A stretch of 64,000 bases of DNA from Lytechinus pictus (taxonomy: Eukaryota). Location: NCBI RefSeq assembly GCF_037042905.1, contig NC_087245.1, forward strand, positions 34,226,001 to 34,290,000, given 5' to 3'. The notes below the pieces were generated by a model that made no database searches, was not told where the DNA came from, and saw nothing but the letters and a program-made list of their open reading frames with translations. Made by a program: the position numbers and the translations under genes. Shown piece by piece: positions 35,000 through 49,160 of the stretch (within the stretch, counting starts at the first letter, position 1; every line of letters starts with the position of its first letter).

Positions 35000-37900
35000 A
35001 CCACAGGCGGTGGAAGCGGGGGGCGGGAGGGGTAATTTCCCCCCCCCCCCCTAAAAATAGAAAGAGAGGAAAAAAGGAAAGGAAGCAAGAAAGAAAGAAA
35101 AAAAAAGGGGGGGAAAGAAATGAATAAAGAAAGAAAAGAGGAAACGAAAAGGATAAACGCTAACAAGTGTAGGCCTACTGAACAGCTGAAACAAAAAAAA
35201 ACCTATATAGAATAGCGAAAAAATACAATTTTTACTAAGGAAAATAGTAAACAACGTTCAAACTTTTTTCTTGTACGATTTTGTTCAGAAAAAAAAACAA
35301 TTGACAAGAAAAACAATTTTTTCGCACCAAAATGAAGAAGGTTTAGATTAAATCTCTCCATTATATAATTCAATAATTCATTACCCTTCATAATGCACTA
35401 TTATAAGAAATATAACGAATAGCAGTGGAAATACTGGAAACACACAAATATTGAGGAAAAAATAGATAAGCATCTGAAAATGCGTGCAACAATAACTTTC
35501 GAAACTCGCTCTGCGCTAGACTAAGCTCGCATTTCCTCACTTTTCCTTAAAAACGCACATTTCCCACATTCAAATACAATTCGGTTTATTGCATACAAAT
35601 TTCACAGAATATAAGAAAAAACACATGAAATGAATAAATAGACCTACTTGCGAATTAATGAAATATAATCGAATAAGAAATATCGAAATTATTATAGAGC
35701 ACGATTAATATTATTGCATTTTATGTTTATATTGTACATCATCAGTGATAAATATTTTTTTCAAATTTTAATATATAGGGCCTATATCTAAAAGAAAAAA
35801 AACATCGTTATTGGTTGTTGCCTGGTCCTATTTCTTTAAACAAAAAAAATAGTGAGATCAACTTGGCAATTTTAGAATGTTGATTTCAGATAAATAAGTT
35901 TTTCTACAAAATACCCTCTGGAAACATCAGAATTCTGAAGCTGCCAGGGGCTTTGCTCCCCGGACCCCACCCGCCGCGGGCTTCGCGCTACGCGAAGATT
36001 TGGAATAAAAATGGAAAAAGGGAAGAAGAGAAAAATTAGAGCAAGATTTTAAAAAATGTGAATAAAATAAGGGGAGGAAAATCATAGAAAAATAAAAATC
36101 GGGTCCATAAAAATCAAAATTTTGCTCGCGCTTCGCGCTCGAATTCCCTGTACAAGAAGATAATATGCTCACGAGGATTACATGGAGCTTTGAATATCCC
36201 AAGTTTTAGGACATAATATCAAAGTTTTTTCAGCTCGCGCTTCGTGCTTGCATGAATTGTTTAAATAGATACCCATCCTAGCTGGTCAGGGTCACAAAAA
36301 GTGCTTAGAATCACATGTTTGGGGTCGGAATATCAATTTTTTTCAGCTCGCGCTTCGCAACCGCCTAAAATATTTTATAGTTAGATACCGTTCTTGTTCA
36401 TGATTACTAAAGTGCTTAGAATGTCCAAATTTTGAGTCAAAATATCAAAAAATTTCATTTATTGTTTATATACATGTAGATACCCATCCTGTTCATGGTT
36501 TTAAAAAGATAGCTAGCATGTCCAATTTCGTGTCGGAATATCAAAAATTTTCAGCTAGCGCTACGCGCTCGCATAAAATGTTTATTTAGATACCCATCGT
36601 GTTCATGGTTCATGTTAATGGGGGGTGCCATTTTTCGAAAAGTACACAGGGGCACCAAAGTCAGGTCGGGCCCCCGGACGCAGAATCCTGGACACACGCC
36701 TGCCTTATCAGATATCTAATCTTATTTTAAGAAAAAAAACTAAGATGTACTTAAAACTTCATACTTAAGTGGGGGCTACCCCCTGAACAAAATATAAAAA
36801 AGGTCAGGTTTTAGCAGCCGACTGGGGAAAATATTTTTTCCGCCCCCCCCCCTAAATTTTGATGCCTCAGCCGCCAATGTAAACAACATGGATATATAAT
36901 GATCCCATATATTAGTGCGAGCGTCAAGCGCGAGCAAAAATTTTCGGAAATTTCATGTATTTTATCCTGAAAATTGAACATTCTGGGCAATGTTTGTGAT
37001 CCTGAACAAGATGCGTAAGTAATAAACAATTACTGCGAGCGGGAAGCACAAGCGGAAATTTTTAATAAACGTTCCGGCCTGATCGAAATGGGACCTATTA
37101 AGGAATGTTTGCAGTTAGCCATGAAGACGATACAACAATCAAATAATGCGAGCGCGAAGCGCGAGCAGAATATCTTTTATATTTTGATCTGAAACTGGAT
37201 AATTTAAACAACTTTTAAATAAAGAACAAGCTGTGTATCTCAATAAGCATGCGTGTGCGTGTTTTAGATTTAGACCTAGAATCTGGGCCTTCTAAATAGA
37301 TTTTTTAATCATGAAAATCAATAATGCGAGTGCGAGCTAAAAAAATGATATTCCGATCTGAAAAGAGGTCAATTTAAGCACTATTTCAAGCACTGTAGGA
37401 AACTTGTGAAGAGGATATTAAACGCACTTACTAAATGATGCGAGCACGAAGCGTGAGCTGATATCTTTTTTATTATAATTATTTTGACCTAGGACCGGGA
37501 TTTTCTATGGACATTTGTCATCACATGAAAATGATGACTATTTTCCTATTCCTCTTCCTAGTGCGAGATGAAACTTGTCTTTATTCCATCCTGAAAAGGG
37601 ACAATTTAATTATTAGGAATTCATGAAAATAATATCATCTTATTATCTAATAAGCCTAATGAGAGCACGAAATTTTAAGGCCTGAAAACTGGACATTTTA
37701 AGCACTTTTGTAATTATGAATAGGATACATGGGTTAATATATTTTCTATAAACTGCCATGAAAAGTGGATTTTATGTAGTTTATTATAGAATTAATATAG
37801 GAGTATACATAGCTCACCAATCAAAATGCGAGCGCACAGCGCTAGCTGATACGTTTTGACAATAAACATGAAAAGGGATATTTTGAGGACCTTTATGGAA

Positions 37901-38325
37901 TACACAAAGAGAATAGGTATTTGACAAATCAAATAATGCTAGCGCGCAGTACAAGCTGAAAATGTTGATATTCAGACTATAAAACTGATATTTTACAAAG
38001 CACTGTTTAAAAATAAATTTGTAAATTAAACAAAATAATGAAAGATCGATTTCCGAGCTGAAATATGTTTTGTATATTGACTTCAAAACTTGATATTTTA
38101 AGCTCCATATCAGCCTATTGAGCAAGATATTTATCTTATCGAACAGGCAATGCGAGCGCGAAGATTTTTTTTCCCCCAAGTCTTCCCTCATTTTATCTTA
38201 TTTACTCGTCTTCCTTTTATTTTTCCTCTTTTTTTAATCTTTTTTTTCTCTGACCCTTTTTCTTTTTCTTTTTTTTCGCTCCGCCGGTGGGGGAGGGGGC
38301 TGGGGCCCCCTTGATCCGCCTATGC
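35000..38325. mobile_element. Cluster of degraded non-autonomous DNA transposons (gctcgcgcttcgcgctcg family)
   Basis: Many cagctcgcgcttcgcg / gcgagcgcgaagcgcgagc motifs in both orientations, as in 16671-18163. Boundaries are approximate. Confidence 0.5.
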
Positions 38326-39938
38326 ATATGTCAGAAGGTTGTTACCAGGTTGTTCAGGATAAAAGATGAGGGTCGTTTTTCATAATCCACAAAGATGGTC
38401 ATCAATTCTTAGGTTGGTTAGTCCTAATCCACAGAGATGATAACTCAAACGGGTCGCTTTTCATAAAAAGGAAAAGGGTTTATTAATCTTAAGGGTCGCC
38501 AATCATAATCAAATTAGATTGTCATTATTCAGAATGGAATGAGAGGGCCTTTCGTCAAAATAGGTGAAGTAAGGCATTAATCATAATGGGTGAAGAGGGT
38601 CGCTTGTCATAATGAGAGAAGTGGATCGCTAATCATATTTGGCGTTGAGACTCGCTAGTCATAATCAAATACGACAAGCGACCCTCCTACATGCCAGTTT
38701 ATGACTAACGACCCTGCTAGAAAGTCCCCGTCGATAGTCGGCTCCCAAGAACGTGACTAATAAGTCTGCAGCAAAACCAAATAAAAAATCAAAGGTTTCG
38801 GCAACTCAAGAAACCCAACACCCTTATTATGACCATTGAAATTAAGGGTAAAGCATAAACGTTAGTCACAACATTGGCTAACAGATTGGGGGCTTGGGGC
38901 CACTTCACCAAAAAAGGGGAGAAAAATGGCAAAATGATTACGATATCAATTTCTGAACATCGTGTAAACATTGTCACATTAACTTTTCATTTTAAAAAGG
39001 AAAAAAAAATTATGCCAGCTTTCTCTCGATCCCCTAATTTGGTTAAAACAGCAACAACAATAGTGATAAATATTATAAAGTGATAATAATCATTATGATA
39101 CATAATAAAAAATTATTATTAATAATGATTAAAAAAAATATATTCATGTATGATAATAACCAATAACTGCATGATAACAGGGGGAATGCCTAATAGGGGT
39201 CTACTAAAAAGAACATTTTAATATCGATCGAATACCATGACAAAATAGTTGATAAACTGTATGTAACTTGTTGTGATCTATAAAGTCATCATGCTACGTC
39301 ACATTCAAAATTGGAATACACTTTCATTAGCTTTAGGAAGACACATGCAGTGTTCGCTAAAAAGTGTTGCTGCCCTCTACGGGATGTGGCAAGACAATTT
39401 ACTAAAAGTTACTTTCGTCGCAGCTCTGTCATCGGGTGGTAAAAAAAATGTTAAAGAGGGGAGGGTGGAAATTTGGCGATCCCACGCGGAATAAGAGTGT
39501 CCTCCTTGAAAATCCAGTAGAAGTGCTTTTTTTTTTAATATTAATTTCAATGAATATGTAAGATTTTTTTTTAGAGAGCTATAATTTAAGTTTGAGTTTG
39601 AAAAGTATCACCTCACCGCCCCAAAAGGAAGGAAAGAGAGAGAGAAAGCCGAAAAGGCTTACCATAGAACATGTTTATCAACAACTGATGATCATTATTA
39701 GTTACATTTTACTAATTCAACTATTGTTTGTATCGGACTACTGTTATGTGTCAAAGACTTTTTAAGATCACTTTGTAAAACATGAAGAAAAAAACTGGGG
39801 GCGGAACCGGAGGCAGAGGGGCACCCCAAACAAAAATCCCGAAGGAAAATACCCCACTTTTCAATGAAAATTCCCCCTTTTTAAGAAATGTGCCTTATTT
39901 TCAAATTACTCTTTATGAGGGGAAAGCAAATAAAGAAA

Positions 39939-40630
39939 GAAGGAAGGAAGGAAGGAAGGAAGGAAGGAAGGAAGGAAGGAAGGAAGGAAGGAAGGAAGGA
40001 AGGAAGGAAGGAAGGAAGGAAGGAAGGAAGGAAGGAAGGAAGGAAGGAAGGAAGGAAGGAAGGAAGGAAGGAAGGAAGGAAGGAAGGAAGGAAGGAAGGA
40101 AGGAAGGAAGGAAGGAAGGAAGGAAGGAAGGAAGGAAGGAAGGAAAGAAGGAAGGAAGGACGGACGGAAAGAAAGAAAGAAAGGAGGGGAAAGTAAAGAA
40201 AAGGAAAGGAAAGAAAAGGAAAGAGAAAAAGAGAAAGAAAAGAAAGGAAGTGAGCAGGGAAAGGAAAGGAAAGCGGAAAAGGAGAAAAAACGAGAAGGAA
40301 AGAAAGGGAGGGAGAAAAAAGAAGAAAAGGAAAGGAAAGAGAAAAATAAAGAAAAATAAACTAAAGGAAGGGAAAGGGGGATATGGAAGAGGAAAAGGAA
40401 GAAAATGAAAATGAAAAAAATGGAAAGTAGAGGTGAAACCGGAAAGTGGAGAAGGAAGAAAAGGAGAAAAAAGGGGAAAAAAAGGGAAAACGAAGAGGAA
40501 AAGGAGAAGAGAAAGAGAGAGCAAGGGGAAAATAGAGAAGAGGAGAAAAAAGAAGGGAGAGGAGTTAGAAAATAAAAGGAAAAGGAAAAAAAGAAAGGAG
40601 GGAAAGGAAGGAAAGTCGAGAAGAGAAAAA
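39939..40630. repeat. (GGAA)n microsatellite followed by a polypurine tract
   Basis: About 200 bp of pure GGAA, then A/G-rich low-complexity sequence. Confidence 0.97.
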
Positions 40631-41244
40631 AATGATAATGATAATGAATAAATAAATACATGTATATGAATAAATGCATGGGTGAATAAGAAATATAAAT
40701 AAATAAATAAATATTTACATTCACACATAAATAAACAAATAAATACATAAACAAATAAATAAATTAACAAAATCAAGAATAGTTAATATCTTCCTCTCTT
40801 TGAACATTTCGTATTCATTTTATTTATTCTATATGTTGTATTGAAGATTTTCTGTCATGGAAGGCTTGAATACCTCTTTGTCGATTAATTTTTGGGGCCT
40901 ACCTCTTCCATACATCCATCTACTTCTCATAGCTATCTTCGTTGGAACACAGCCCACTCCGGTTTTCCCTCTATGTAGTCTACATTGTAAGTTGTAACTA
41001 TGACAATGTGTGAGAGACTAACAGGGGTCAAACGCCTCCCTTACTGTAAAGGGGTCCTTTTAAAGCCATAAATTTATGACACTTATGTTTGAATTTTTTT
41101 GTAGGCAACTTAGTACCCTTTTCATGCTTTTCGGTGAGAATCGTTTAACCTTTTTTATACAGAATTGGCACCCATGTTTGGTTAACAGTCAGAGAAATCA
41201 ATGACAGTATGCCCATCTGTAGCTTTGGGGTTTTCAACTTTTAA

Positions 41245-41828
41245 AGGTCAAGTCCACCTCAGAAAAATGTTTATTTGGACCAATAGAGAAAAATCAGACA
41301 AGCATAATGCTGAAAATTTCATCAAAATCGGATGTAAAATAAGAAAGTTATGACTTTTAAAGTTTCGCTAATTTTGCACAAAATAGTTATTTGCACAATT
41401 TAGTCACATGCAAACGAGAGAATCGATGATGTACCTCACTCACTATTTCTTTTATTTTTTATTGTTCGAATTATACATTATTTCAATTTTTGCAGATTTG
41501 ACAATGAGGACCAACTTGACTGAACCATAAAATGTTAAGCAATGGTAATTCAACATATTCAGGGAGAAATAAAACTTTGTTTCACAGGACAATGAGAAAA
41601 TCAGAATATTTCATATCACGAAATACAAATGAAATAGTGAGTGAGTGATGTCCCTCATTAGCATACCGACCAGGATGTGCATATAACTGTTTTGCGAAAT
41701 TAAGCGAAACTTTAAAATGTCATAACTTTCTTATTTTACATCCGATTTTGATGATATTTTCAGTGTTATGTTGGTTGGATTTTTCTCCTTTTATTCAAAT
41801 CAACTTTATGTTGGGGTGGACTTGTCCT
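41245..41828. mobile_element. TTAA-targeting (Kolobok-like) MITE
   Basis: ttaa|aggtcaagtccacc ... ggtggacttgtcct|ttaa. Long internal inverted arms (aaaatcggatgtaaaataagaaagttatgac). Confidence 0.85.
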
Positions 41829-43063
41829 TTAAACAATCACATCTTAACTTTTAATTGGTCAAGTAATGCCTAATGATATTGAAAACAAAACAACATGAGA
41901 TCAATTTGTCCCTAAAATGCCAGATATGATCAATTTTGAGAAGTAAGAGGATGTAATGTATTTCAATAATTTTGTTTTCTCTTACATGCAGATGTCCCGT
42001 TGAGCTCTAATAGTGCACTACAGCTTGTCACCACACACATTACTTTTTATGATGCACATTGTTTTTTAAATGATATACCTTGATAGTACAACAACCCTCC
42101 ACTGTCACTGTTTTTTTGTTATCTTGTTGGAGCCAATACATTAAGTTATAAGATATTTGCATATGAGGTATACAGGTAACTCTACTTAAGTCGAATGTTT
42201 TGGGATCACAGATATCTCATCTCTGCAAGTTGGAGAAATTTGGTGTAGAAGAGAAATATAATACAAGTTTTTGAATAGTCTGGTATACAATAATTGTTTT
42301 GTTTAAGGCAAATATTTGACTTTAATATGGAAGTTTGACTTAGGCAGAGTTACCTGTAGATACATGTATCTCCCTATCCCACTCTATTCTCTTCTCTCCT
42401 TTTCTGTCAATTTCTCAAATTCACCTCGCTGGTACACAATTCCTATTGTTTTTCTTTCTGAATATTCATTAAAAAAAAAAATTGTATGTCTTACAATGAT
42501 ACGTTATGAGAAAATAATAATGAAATTAATGACATAATATATTCAACATATAAACAATGGAAACAGAACAAAAAAAGGTAATTACTTCATAATTCTTATG
42601 TATGTTTTGAATTTAGATGACTTTAATATTAATTATTCTTTTGCGATAGGCAGATTTTTGTTTATATTTCGTGGGTTATTTTATTCTTATTTTCTTACAA
42701 AGTATTCATTTATGTTACCATATACCATGAACACCCAGAACAGGAATATCCTGTGTCTATAGGCTTATGTTCTTCACAAGACAAAAAATCAGTCTATTTC
42801 AGTCAGGACATGCTCAGCGGAGACTTCCTCTGGCTTTGCGGCATGCCCTACCACCAGGAGGACTGAGAAAAATCATAAAATGTTGAAAAACTCCTCTGAA
42901 ACAGCGGATTTTTCAGTCTAATCTACACCCACTCTGTATACTTTCCATTTTTTTCTCATACCACATGGTCTAATACTATTTCATCTTCAACCAATTTGTC
43001 TACTAACCACTTGGTGAAATAGCAATTTAGCCTATTCAACCCATTATTTGTCTTATATCCAGG

Positions 43064-43335
43064 AATAATAATAATGATAGCTGGATTTATAAAGCGCTTT
43101 TGCCTGAGGATACAAAGTGCTGCTATTATAACCCGGCTTTAGCTCGAGCTACCATCACCGACGCTCAGAGCATTCAAGGAAATAATCCTGCCGGGTACCC
43201 ATTCACCTCACCTTGGTCAAGTGCAGCAGTGTGGATAAATTTCTTGCTGAAGGAAAACACGCCATGGCTAGGATTCGAACCCACGACCCTCTGTTGAAAG
43301 GCGAGAGTCAGAACCACTAGACCACGATGCGCCCA
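43064..43335 (-). mobile_element. Full-length tRNA-derived SINE
   Basis: Minus strand reads gggcgcatcgtggtctagtgg (A box), ggttcgaatcc (B box), a body and an (ATT)n tail. Confidence 0.85.
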
Positions 43336-45461
43336 GAAAGGCTAGACCCATTTGGTCTAATATCCACTTGGTCTAATACCGCTTAGTCTATGTGATTAGA
43401 TGAACTGGTATGAACAAAATTTCTGTTGGACAATATGAAAAACAATATACAGATGAAGTGGAAATTAGACCATCTGCGCTGGACAGACTAAGTGAACATT
43501 ACACTGTTGGTGATGGTGTAAGAAGATCCAAGAATTAGACCATCTGCTAGTAGGCCATGTGGTCTATCTTTGTTCATGAGCTTATCAATGAAAATGCAGT
43601 ATAGCAGCAGTATTGACTTTGTATTGACTTTCTTCAAATTTACCTTCTGAATATATACAATTTAATAATCAAGGTCACTAGGGCTAACCTGTGGTACCGA
43701 ATGGCTGGAAACTGTTGGTGCTTCTTTCAATTTTTCAGAATTTTTTCAATTGAAAAAAAAAATGAAAGGGCTCTAAGGTAAAGTGGCCATACCATAAAAA
43801 ATGACATTTAAGGCATGAACTGGGGATTGGCTATGTTTCTTTTGGTCATCTTGTCCAGACATCATACAATATGATTTTATGTAGTAAGTCAGTAGGAGCT
43901 CCTTTTGCCCGGAAACATGCCAATGCTTCTAAAATTTTATCTGATATTTACGAGAGAACACAAACTTGAAACAAAATATTCTTCGCATACAAGCACCAAG
44001 GAATGTACTTGATCCGATGACCTGAAATTTCATTCACATAATTGCATAAAAAAATTAAATTGAAAACTTGATGACAACGAATGAATCATTTGAATAGCTT
44101 TAAAGACTTATAGTGAGTACATACATTTGATTTCATTTACTGGATAATGTTTCATAAAGCTGTAGGTAAGTCATTAGCGGACTTTATAAATGACTGCTGA
44201 TCCATTCTGAGGAGCAAAATTAACACCATTGCAAATTTGGTGCATATTATACAAATTATGCATGCAGCCGAGTACGTTAGTGGAAATGCAGAGCACGCGA
44301 GGTTTCTTTAGATAGGTGCCGCACTGTGCATGAGCCGCTGGCGGCGAGTGCCCAGTGTGCACCATCTGAAGAAACCGAGCTTTCTCTGCATTTACTTTTA
44401 TGCACAGCAGAGCAAGTGCATTATTTGTTTGATAAAAAAACATAACAGAAACAAATTCTTAAGAAGTTACAGTACAGTTTTGTTGGACTTCTCCCGGGAC
44501 TTCTACCGCACTGGTCTGCTTGAGCGTGCAATGTCAATTTTCGTTGCGCACCTTTTGCACTGCCGTACATGCACAAAGAAGTTGGATGTCATGTGATGCG
44601 TATTGGCCAATCGCGATGCTTGAAATAAAATACACCTATTTTATAAAATATATTCGTACCACAGGAAAGGATCACTAGTCATTCGTAAACTCATTTGTAA
44701 CTTATGAACAGTTTTATGAAACATTATTCATAGCATTTACTACAAGAAAGGGTTACCAGTCATTCGTAATGTCACTTGTAGAGTAACTGATGAACTGCAT
44801 TATGAAACACCTACTTGGTCTGTATTGAAGCGAAATAATACATGAATCTTAAATATGCTTATCTTGGGGGCTGCAGAACGGTTTTGAAATTGGGGGGCTG
44901 ACCATGCAAAAAATCACAATCGCTTTCGCAGCTCTTGTATCTGTGTTTGCGATCTTCAGTGTGCCCAGTTCACTTTCAGCTTAGATTTCATAATTTAACA
45001 AAATCACATTTACGTTAATTCACTAGATCTAAATCTACAAGTACGATGGTATGGGGACATTTGGTTGTGAATTTAAAGAATTTATCATGGAATGATTGTT
45101 TGCTGTGACTATAATTTAGTATACAAAGTTGAATATGAGTTGTAGAAGTGTACCCTAAAAATATATTCCTGAAATCCTTATTATTTTCCTCTCATTAATA
45201 CAGGCAAAGGAAATTACTTTTCCTGCGGAAAAAAATGCCAAATTAAGGCAACACTACCTCATATGAATAATACTCATGACTCCATAAAATAATAATGTCA
45301 ATAAGATAATAAAATCGCGAAGAAGGACTTCGTCATGAATTGGTATCAAATCTACAATAATTTACAAAGGCTAATCAGTCTATTACCTGGCAATAGAAAT
45401 GAACTTCAAAGTTTGTACAGGTATTTATCGATGATTAATCCTTGCAACACAGAATGTCTTG

Positions 45462-45958
45462 TCATGACTTGCTGGTTTTCTTGAAGATCATTCCCAAAGT
45501 GTTCTTTGAAACTTTTCCAGACTTCCTTGGCTTGGTGTCCTCGAACTCATCTTGAGTAACTCTTTGTTTATGAGCTCGAACTCTTGCTATCCACTCCTTG
45601 CCTTTCTCTCTCGTCTTCTTCTCCTGTTTCACCAACTGATCACCGAGTTCCACGCTCTTCATGTAAAAGCCTGTCTCTCGTTTGACCTGGGAGATCTCAG
45701 TACGGATTCGCTGCTGACGCACCTGTCGTTCGTATTCCAGACGCTCCGCTAGATGTGCCCACTGGAAGCGATGAAGATACTTCAGATTCCACAGCTCCTC
45801 ATAATAGATGCTCCGTTTCCTTCCTCCAATTGGAGTGTTGTTGAATGTCAGGGCAATACTCTTAGCAATCTTTTTGTCCATGAATTCGATCCAGCCTTCA
45901 GTGAAACGCTTGCTTTTACTACCGCCTTTCTTTTTACGGGTCTTGCGGTTAAATTTGT
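45462..45958 (-). CDS. ABT1: Activator of basal transcription 1 / ESF2 homolog, last coding exon
   Basis: Acceptor tttcag at 45959-45964. Translation (D)KFNRK...FTEGWIEFMDKKIAK...LWNLKYLHRFQWAHLAERLEYERQVRQQRIRTEISQVKRETGFY matches ABT1/Esf2. Stop at 45462. Confidence 0.95.
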
Positions 45959-46641
45959 CTGAAAGGAAAATAAGAACATTTTACAAGTTTTTACATTAAA
46001 ATGATTGAAAATGTGCAGTTTCTATTTCAGCCACTGTATTCACTGAAATCCTCAAAATGGCTGCAATGTTAATTTGTAATAAATTAAAGAAACGAGATCA
46101 AAGACCAAGTTGGTTAGTACAAAGAGACAAAAAGTTAAGTTTCTTTCCAATGTGAATATCGAATTGATTTGTGGGGCGTTTCAAATTAAGCAAAACTCAT
46201 GTTAAACAACTTTCTGATTTTACATCTGATTTTGATGAAATTTTCAGAACTGACCCTGTTTGATTACATTTCTCTAATTAAACGAGCTTGCTGTTGGGTG
46301 CAAAAGGGGGTATGATTGGTATTTGAAAATATTACCCTCTAACATTGACAAAAGGATGCAGCTGACATCTGAAATAAATTGCACTTTTAACATGTTTACA
46401 TTTTACAAATTTATTCTTTTTCCAGGCAAAATTTTCAAAGAAAACAAAGATCCTGCTGAGTAATGATGATCATGCCATTGCTCTGGCATCTTTGTAACTG
46501 ACAGACATATATTGCTCTGGAAATCACACTTTTATTGCTTGCTTCCTTTTGTCAAAGTTGCAGAATAGTGATTGCTCACTGCTATAAAAATCCATTATTC
46601 ACGTTTAGCTCTAAAATATTGATTTGGCTATACATTAATAC

Positions 46642-46885
46642 CTTCAGCTTGTAAGAACACGCGTCCAATTTCACCGTATCGCGAGAAGATCTTCTTGACT
46701 CTCTGTGGCCTCATTAGAGGGGGCACTCGGCTCAGGTAGACGATCCCAGGTTTGGATGCCTCCTTTGATAAGCTATCGCCTCCAGATACTTTCAGTGGTT
46801 TATCATCTTCATTCAAGCCTTCATCGGCACCTTCTTCAGAGATGTCATCCAGCTCTGGCTCCATTCCATCTCTATCCTGCTCCAT
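46642..46885 (-). CDS. ABT1: ABT1 coding exon (acidic N-terminus and start of RRM); start codon uncertain
   Basis: MEQDRD...PGIVYLSRVPPLMRPQRVKKIFSRYGEIGRVFLQAE followed by a phase-1 donor (gtatta) that is compatible with the next exon. Confidence 0.9.
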
Positions 46886-47096
46886 CGTTTGGGGGGTTTC
46901 ACTCTTCTCTCTCTGATTGATGCTGCTGAAGAAAGAGTTAAAGAAAATTTTACAAGTGACGGAAAGAGCCAGTGACCGAAGTATAGCTTTGTTACAATAG
47001 AACTTACCGGTACCTGTTGGAAGTTTCATCATTGAAAGTAACAACATCATGCTGCCCTCTATATGCGTCTCGTAGCTTAGCCACTAACAAAGAGGA

Positions 47097-47108
47097 CAAG
47101 ATGGCGAC
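47097..47108 (+). promoter_or_regulatory. YY1-type motif in the probable ABT1 promoter
   Basis: caagatggcgac matches the AAGATGGCG consensus, about 90 bp upstream of a gtaagt donor (47002-47007). Confidence 0.45.
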
Positions 47109-47363
47109 GTAAACATTGGCAAGTTACATCCCATCTTCTAATAATAAATTTCTGGGGTTTGTTAATGCATATTTTTTTACAATTTTTTTTCCAAGTGTGG
47201 TCTGCCTCTGGAGTACACTACCATCAACAGCGGTGTCGGCCCCGTCTATCGAGGTCTTTAAGAACCTGTTATTTGGGGTGCTATTGCGACCCCATTCTAC
47301 CCCATTTTGGAGAGTACCCTCTGCCTAATAATAGCACGGACAAGTCCTGGGCTCCGGCCCACG

Positions 47364-47730
47364 AAAAAAGGGTAAAAAATAACTTATGCACTTACCTCGA
47401 TTATATGGATGAAGGTCTATCGTGACACATAATCCTGACATCGAGGCACAAACTGGACCCTCAAAAAAGGAAAAGTTAGACCTCCATGTCGCGTTGGTTC
47501 TCGGTATCGATCGGCCATTTAGTTTTCAATTTTGAAAGAAGGAGAACGAACGAGACAGAACTTTTCCATTTTTTTGAGGGTCCAGTTTGTGCCTTGATGT
47601 CATAATTGTCAGGATTTTGTGTCACGATAGACCTTCATCCATATAATCGAGGTAAGTGCATCCTGACTTATGGATCCTGCTGAGTATCGTCGTAGAAGTA
47701 GAAGTGCATAATTTATTTTTTCCCCTTTTA
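47364..47730. mobile_element. Foldback/MITE with long inverted arms
   Basis: 47386-47477 is the reverse complement of about 47560-47661. The outer arms aaaagggtaaaaaataacttatgcactt and aagtgcataatttattttttcccctttt also pair. Confidence 0.75.
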
Positions 47731-47777
47731 TTTGGATTGCTATTGCAACCCCATTCTACCCCATTTTGGAGAGCATG

Positions 47778-48089
47778 GGCCAATTGCACGAAAGGGTCTT
47801 TCCAAGGACCGTCTTTTGTGTCGCCCATTTTTATGATGCGCTGTATGCGGGATATTTCTGAAATGTATGATAAACAAATAAAATTTGTTAGCTAGCATTT
47901 AAATTAATTTGTATACAATTTCATGATATATCATATCATTTCATAAACAAAGATTTTGTTTACTTTAACGGATGAATAAAATATGTTTGCAGGTAATTTA
48001 TTTTTAAAAATTCGTTTCACATGACGCATCATAATAAATGGGCTACACGAAAGACAGTTCTTGCAAAGACCCTTTCATGCAATCGGCCC
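47778..48089. mobile_element. Harbinger-like MITE
   Basis: About 60-bp TIR gggccaattgcacgaaagggtcttt ... aaagaccctttcatgcaatcggccc. 3-bp cat duplication. Confidence 0.75.
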
Positions 48090-48124
48090 CATATGTCTGC
48101 CTAGTATTACACAGACGAGTCCTG

Positions 48125-49160
48125 GGGCCCGTTTCTCAACACCTGGACAAGTTAGTCATATCTTTATCCACCAACCACGGAGTTAGTTCCAATCTTACTA
48201 AACCGTTTCACGAAAGGCTTCCTAACCAGAATACCTTGATATCGATACAATCGGTAAAAAGAGCAGACGAAACATAGCCTTAGTCACAAAATAGCATAAT
48301 TTTTAAAAAGCAAAAATATGATAAAACTGCAATTATTGTGATGAATTTGGAAATACATCTAATCAAAAGAATAGCAGAGGCAAAATATGTACCATGCATA
48401 CATGTACTTAAACCATGAAGACTGGAGCATTCAATTGCTGAGAAAATGAAATTATGAATAATTCATTTCATGACGAAAAAATCACATGTGGACGTTGAGA
48501 TGGGTACCCCCGGGATAGTAAATTTTGATAGTTTACGGAAGTAAACTGCAATGGTTTCCTTTGTAAAATACGTTTATTTATGGTTCCAAACATCATCAAA
48601 ATATAGTCTAACATAAATTTAAAAAATCTTTAAATACCGAAACACACGATTCGACAAATTATTTGCATAAATTAGAGATAGAATGTATCAAAATAAGGGT
48701 TTGAAAACAACGAATACGAGTCCAGTTATGGATGACCTGACGTGGACAGAATCTTTATCAATTCAATTATTTTACTATTTCAAAATGAATGGTTTTGCTG
48801 CATTTTACCAACATATTTAATAGTTTCTGTGCATTACAATTATTAATGAATGATCTATCACACCTGTTTTGCAATGTAATTTCAACTTCTATGATTGATT
48901 ACGTAAGATCATAATTTTCCAATTTCAAGGCACTTTTGCATGTCATAGTCTACCCACGCATGATGCCGCTACGTCATTAAGAAAGAAGTTATGTCTTAAA
49001 CTCTTATTATGACAGGTTTGGAGGTGTCATTTAGTCAGGTTGTTGTCCGCGATCTTGGCAAAGAGGGCTTCGTGAAACGGTTAGAAGGCAAGTAGGCCTA
49101 GCTCACTATCTCCGATTTAGTCAAGAAGTTAGACTTATGACGGTGTTGAGAAACGGGCCC
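48125..49160. mobile_element. PIF/Harbinger-like non-autonomous element
   Basis: TIR gggcccgtttctcaacacc / ggtgttgagaaacgggccc with CTG TSD. Removing it restores sequence homologous to 47341-47363. Confidence 0.88.

Noticed and set aside
39782..40776. Long ORFs of 208, 282 and 287 aa
   Set aside because: They are translations of the (GGAA)n and polypurine low-complexity tract.
47101..47112. Start of a divergent plus-strand gene (ATGGCG)
   Set aside because: It reads ATG GCG ACG TAA and is better explained as a YY1 motif.
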